Shown here: positions 62,630 through 64,000 of the stretch, one piece after another
Numbering within the stretch: position 1 is the stretch's first letter
Layout: each line of letters starts with the position of its first letter
Assembly: GCF_963921235.1 (NCBI RefSeq)
Contig: NC_086108.1
Span: forward strand, 434,001 to 498,000
Direction: 5' to 3'
Length of the DNA: 64,000 nt
DNA from: Mobula hypostoma
Lineage: Eukaryota
Program-made: the position numbers and the translations under genes
The notes under the pieces: generated by a model
Told to the model about the DNA's origin: nothing
The model's database searches: none
What the model saw: the letters and a program-made list of their open reading frames with translations, nothing else

Positions 62630-63130
62630 AAAGATGTTAATAAGATTGAAGGGTAGAGAGAAAATTTACAGGGACTTTGCTGGGACTCAGGACATGAGTT
62701 ATAGAGAAAGGTTGAGTAGCTTATAACTTTATTCCCTAGAGAGTTCCTTTTCTTATGCCATGGAGCCTTATCATTAACTGGAACCCCTGATAGAGGTGTA
62801 CAAAATTATGAGGGGTATAGATAGGATGAGTGCTTTTTCCCCTCAGGTTGAGTGAGACTAAAAGTAGAGATCATAGGTTTAGAGCGAAAGGAGGATCTGA
62901 GGGAGAACTTCTTCACACAAGGGGTGATACAGGTGTGGAACGAGCTGCCATTGAAAGCAGGTCCAATTGCAACACTTAACGGAAGTTTGGATAGGTAAAC
63001 GGATGTGGGGGGGAATGCGCGGGGGGATATGGAGGACTATGGTCCAGGTGCATGTCAATGAGAATAGACAGAGTTTGGCATGGGCTAGATGGGCAGAAGG
63101 GCTTGCTTCTGTGCTGTAGTGCTCTATGAC
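62630..63130 (+). mobile_element. CR1 3' fragment
   Basis: IEVYKIMRGIDR, FFTQGVIQVWNELP and a CR1 3' UTR. Confidence 0.7.
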
Positions 63131-63818
63131 TTTATAAAAACAGAAAGTGCAGAATCTGAAACAGTCAAAAAAGCAGGGGCTATAACCCTGAAACATTAAC
63201 CATTTCTCTCTCTACAGATGCAGCTTGCTATGCTGAATTTTTACAAAGGATTTTTTGTGTGTACAAATATAAAACCAGCTTTTTCTCGTTCCTAGTATCA
63301 CATAAAATCCAAGACTCACAGAGAGATACAGCATAGAATCAGGCCTTTCATACCATTGAGTGAGGACACCCAGCAGGACTGACAAAAACAAGACCTGACA
63401 CAGGGCGAATGAGCTCCTTGCAAGCCAACGGCCATCTTCCGTGGAAGAGATGAAAGCCTCACCACGTATCTACGAATCATATGCTATGCACCTAGTTAGA
63501 GAAGACATGGTCAACTTGGATGCTGCACCATGTGCCTGGGCCCGCCCAAGGCCTCCGCCTAAGGAAGGGCCGAGCTCGAAGAAGCAGCCGTGGATGGAGG
63601 CCGACACGGCCTCGGGCTCGAGTTCAGTGGGGGCGGCGGCCAGCGAGAACAGCTGGAGGAGGGGCTATACTCAGTGCTGTCGAAGAAGATGGAGGTGCAT
63701 AGCCACCAACCCTGGATTCGGGACAGCACCCACTGACTGACTGACCATTGAGTCCATCCTGACCACCAACCACCCATTTATACTCATCCTACATCTGGTG
63801 TGTTCCCCGCTTCCTTTC

Positions 63819-63900
63819 CAGTCCTGAAGAAGGGTCTCAGCCCAAATTGTCGACTACTTATTCATTTCCATGGATGCTGCCTGACCTGCTGAATTCCTCC
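63819..63900 (+). mobile_element. Penelope-type 3' end with a degenerate hammerhead
   Basis: CAGTC-CTGAAGA-AGGGTCTCAGCCC-AAATTGTC-GACT followed by gatgctgcctgacctgctga; the GAAA core is mutated. Confidence 0.6.
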
Positions 63901-64000
63901 ATTTTTTTAAAATCCCATTTTATTTTCCCCACGTTTTTCGCCTAGATTTTACCCCTCACCTACAATTTACAGCGGTTAATTAACCCACCCGCTCATCCGC

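Overview
This is vertebrate genomic DNA, most likely from a cartilaginous fish (inferred only from the repeat landscape), and most of it is nested transposable elements. CR1 LINEs dominate (at least three subfamilies, several near full length). Also present are Rex1/Babar, L1/Tx1, RTE/BovB-like and Penelope-like elements, Tc1 and hAT remnants, SINEs, an ERV remnant with an env TM domain, a solo LTR and a two-LTR Gypsy-derived element. Host content is two PH-domain exons of a phospholipase C delta-like gene (+ strand) and an orphan ORF with a hydrophobic anchor upstream of them. Three observations stand out. (1) A -1 ribosomal-frameshift-like cassette (T TTA AAC TAG) joins an SGNH-esterase ORF1 to an ORF2 that lacks an early AUG in several CR1 subfamilies, and an almost identical cassette joins an SGNH-esterase ORF to the RT-GIY-YIG ORF of a Penelope-like element. 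(2) A non-autonomous Gypsy element carries intronless myosin heavy chain rod fragments fused in frame to its RT remnant. (3) The Penelope-like element has a long modular 3' region punctuated by telomeric (TAACCC)n. All family assignments come from recognising motifs by eye, and boundaries of degraded elements are approximate.
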